DNA of 64,000 nucleotides from an uncultured Acidobacteriota bacterium (lineage in GTDB: Bacteria > Acidobacteriota > Vicinamibacteria > Vicinamibacterales > 2-12-FULL-66-21), in NCBI GenBank assembly GCA_963742265.1, contig CAVULC010000003.1, positions 137,143 through 201,142 of the forward strand, in the 5' to 3' direction. The notes below the pieces were generated by a model. That model ran no database searches, was not told where the DNA came from, and was given only the letters and a program-made list of their open reading frames with translations. Shown here piece by piece: positions 61,630-64,000 of this stretch (the first letter of the stretch is position 1; the number at the start of each line of letters is the position of its first letter). The translations under genes and the position numbers were made by a program.

Positions 61630-61887
61630 AAAGCCCGCAAACTCTATAACAACGTTGTCGGTCAGACTACGCCGCGCGGATCAGCCAGTTGCGGCCGATT
61701 CAGGCGCATCGCGACTCGCACGCCATCGCGAGATTGAGAACCTCGACTTCGCCACCCATTCATCAGCTCCCCGTCATGCGCGCACTGGCGGCAACGGTTG
61801 GACACGGGCGATGTGGAGCCCGCGCTCGCTCACTGCTATTGAACGGTTGTGTGCTCTGGTTTGATGTCCCGCTGTCAGGCTGACATC

Positions 61888-62330
61888 GCGTGGAATCTGC
61901 AGCGAGATTCGGATAGCCTGAGCCTCAGTTGCGGATTGGAACTTCGATCAGGAGGGACGACACATGTCTGAAGCCAACAAAGCCGCCGAACGTCACGTCA
62001 ATCATGATCCAAACAACCCGGCTGATCTGGTTGGTGTCGAAGGCTACCGCGAGCTGATCACGCTCTATACGACGATGTTCTCAGACCTGCGATTCGACGT
62101 TCATGACATCGTCGTCGAAGGCGACATCGTATGCAGCCGCTGGACCAGTGTCGGAACTCACGACGGCGAGGTCCTCGGGATAACACCGACTGGCAACTTG
62201 TTAAAGCGAACCGGGGTGAGCTGGCAACGCATCGAGCGTGGCAAGTTCGTTGAAACATGGGTCGAGCGTGACGGGCTGGGGTTGGCCAGAGATATCGGCG
62301 GGGTGCCGCCAGCGTAGGTGCTAGGTCGTC
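61888..62330. repeat. direct repeat, copy 2 (leader plus deleted SnoaL-like gene)
   Basis: See copy 1. The copies are in the same orientation, and their starts are 10,615 bp apart. Confidence 0.85.
61964..62317 (+). CDS. SnoaL-like paralog lacking 21 N-terminal-region codons (in-frame 63-bp deletion); possibly non-functional
   Basis: The leader and RBS match those of the 51349 gene. The protein jumps from MSEANKA to AERHVNHDP, so LARRLWDVWHARDLDKLGDLI is missing. Confidence 0.65.
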   Translation: MSEANKAAERHVNHDPNNPADLVGVEGYRELITLYTTMFSDLRFDVHDIVVEGDIVCSRWTSVGTHDGEVLGITPTGNLLKRTGVSWQRIERGKFVETWVERDGLGLARDIGGVPPA

Positions 62331-62429
62331 TACAATTCGTTGCACAGACCACATGATCTATACAACGTCTCGCCGACGAGCCGTGACGCTCGGTCGGATT
62401 GTCTTCAGCGTCCGAGCCGATTCTGCTTT

Positions 62430-63712
62430 ATGAGTCCTGAGCGGGTCACCGCACCCGCCAGTCCGTTGTATTCCCGAACCGATCGAGTTCGGACATCGTA
62501 CCGCCATGTTATCGGCCTGCTCCTCCTGGCGTTGTCGGGCTGTTCACCGTTGGCGGCGCCCAGCGAGTCGAGTGGGAGCACCCATTTGTTTGTCTGGGCC
62601 TGGGACGTCGACAAGGCCGCTGACGATTTTCTGGCGGTCGTGGACGTGGATCGCCATTCGGCAGCCTACGGGCGGGTCGTCCGCACGTTGCCGGCGCCGG
62701 GTGGGCGCGGCGCGCACCACGTCGAATACGAGATGACCACGAGCCAGCTTTTCGCCAACTCGTTCGATACCGGGCACACGTTCGTCTTCGACCTCAGCGA
62801 TGCCATGCGCCCGCGTCTGTTCAGTGACTTCGGCGATGCGGGACCATATTCCCATCCACACAGTTTCGCCCGCACGCCGAGCGGGTACCTGTGCTCGCCA
62901 CCTATCAAGGTCTCGCCGCCGATCACCATGCAACTGGCGGGTTGGTTGAACTGGACGACCGTGGACGAATGCTCCGAGCCACGAGCGCAGCCAATCCTGT
63001 CGATCCGGATCTGCGCCCATACAGTCTGACTGTGGTACCCAAACTCGACCGCGTCGTCACAACTTCGGCCGACATGCACGGAATGACAGTCGGACGGTCG
63101 GTTCAAGTGTGGCGCCTTTCCGACCTGACCCTGCTGCACACGGTGCTGCTGCCGCCAGGACCGCGCGGCAACGAGCACCTTCATCCCGCTGAAGTGAGAG
63201 CCCTTAGCGATGGAACATCTGTGATGGTCGCAACGTTTCGATGCGGGCTGTATGTGCTCTCCGGGCTCGACGGAATGCCCGTGGCCAAACTTGCGCGTTC
63301 CTTCCCGTGGTCGGCCGTGGAGGGCGAAGACACGGATTGCAACGTGCCCGTGCGATCTGGCCGTTTCTGGGTTCAGCCCGTCGGCACCACCGGATCGCTC
63401 GTAGTCCTGGATGTGTCCACACCGGAGAAGCCAGTGATCGCTGACGAGCTCGCTTTCGGCGTTGATGCCCGCCCACACTGGCTCGCGCTCGAACCCGGAG
63501 GAAAGCGCATCGTCATGACCGGCGGAGGAACACTGGCCGGTGGCGTTTACCTGATCGACATGGATCCAGAAACCGGAAAGCTCCAGCTCGCTCGCGATCT
63601 TCCAGCCACTGGATCGGGAATTCCCGGAATCCGTTATGACCGTGATGAGTGGCCCCACGGCAAGACCGGTCCGGCTTTCGCGCATGGAGCGGTGTTTGGT
63701 TCCGTGAAATGA
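62430..63712 (+). pseudogene. selenium-binding-protein (SBP56)-like beta-propeller lipoprotein (tentative), with a frameshift near nt 62888
   Basis: The lipobox is LLLALSGCS. LFVWAWDVDKAADDFLAVVDVDRHSAAYGRVVRTL resembles the SBP56 N-terminal region. The second half, in another frame, is propeller-like. Confidence 0.5.
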
Positions 63713-63765
63713 ACTCGATCATCCCGAGAGATCTCTCCAATGAGTTTTGCGTGGGGACCAGCGAG

Positions 63766-63789
63766 CCTTCACTCACGCTCCGCGCGAGC
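63766..63789. repeat. solo copy of the CCTTCRCTCACGCTCCGCGYGAGC hairpin motif
   Basis: CCTTCACTCACGCTCCGCGCGAGC matches the arm of the element at 43993-44022. It lies between convergent genes. Confidence 0.5.
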
Positions 63790-63820
63790 AAAGGCTTCCT
63801 GGCGCCTGTTGGTGCCGTAC

Positions 63821-64000
63821 TTACGGCAGCAGTACGCGGTTGATTACGTGGACGATGCCGTTGGACGCGGAGATGTCAGTGGCGGCAATGCCGGCCGCTG
63901 AGAGCTGGTCGCGCGTGAGCTTCGCGCCGTTCAGCATCACGTAAACCGGCGCGGCAAGGACCGCGTTGCTGTTCCGCCGGCCGTTCGTCACGTGGTAGAG
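63821..64000 (-). CDS. fasciclin (FAS1)-domain protein, C-terminal fragment (5' end lies outside the window)
   Basis: The reverse-strand translation is LYHVTNGRRNSNAVLAAPVYVMLNGAKLT...DISASNGIVHVINRVLLP*, the conserved FAS1 C-terminus. Confidence 0.75.
   Translation of the reverse strand, partial: LYHVTNGRRNSNAVLAAPVYVMLNGAKLTRDQLSAAGIAATDISASNGIVHVINRVLLP

Noticed and set aside
63821-64000. Fasciclin-domain gene as a member of the SigK-like regulon (fasciclin proteins are SigK targets in mycobacteria).
   Set aside because: It lies 14-19 kb from the sigma locus on the opposite strand, and its promoter is outside the window. No copy of the AATCCAA-N12-SCCGTA motif can be examined, so the link is pure analogy.

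Overview
This is a very GC-rich chromosomal segment. Its gene content looks like an Acidobacteria-type soil bacterium: two large outer-membrane proteins with a carboxypeptidase-regulatory N-domain and a TonB-receptor-like barrel, Ser/Thr kinases fused to PD40/TolB propellers, and many secreted hydrolases. I can support about 50 protein genes, one tRNA-Gln(CUG) and several intergenic repeat families. I saw no rRNA, CRISPR array, transposase, integrase, phage genes or recognisable defence genes. Two loci are the best candidates for undescribed biology. (1) At 44.5-50.0 kb, an ECF sigma factor and an RskA-type anti-sigma factor sit next to a DUF4331 / DUF4198 / HupE-UreJ-like envelope operon. The same AATCCAA-N12-SCCGTAW motif lies upstream of both the sigma gene and the operon. 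(2) At 3.0-8.5 kb, an ABC importer operon has a STAS-domain protein and an RsbW-like serine kinase embedded among the transporter genes, with no sigma factor nearby. Other notable items are a beta-propeller / EF-hand / HExxH fusion inside a 9-kb minus-strand operon, a 135-nt highly structured palindromic element present twice upstream of the ABC operon, and two ~0.5-kb direct repeats (about 98% identical) bracketing a 10-kb regulatory segment. A major caveat applies throughout: at least 16 genes carry roughly 26 single-base frameshifts, in clusters, which means either indel-type assembly error or real gene decay. The long antisense ORFs in the six-frame track are GC-driven artefacts and are not reported as genes.
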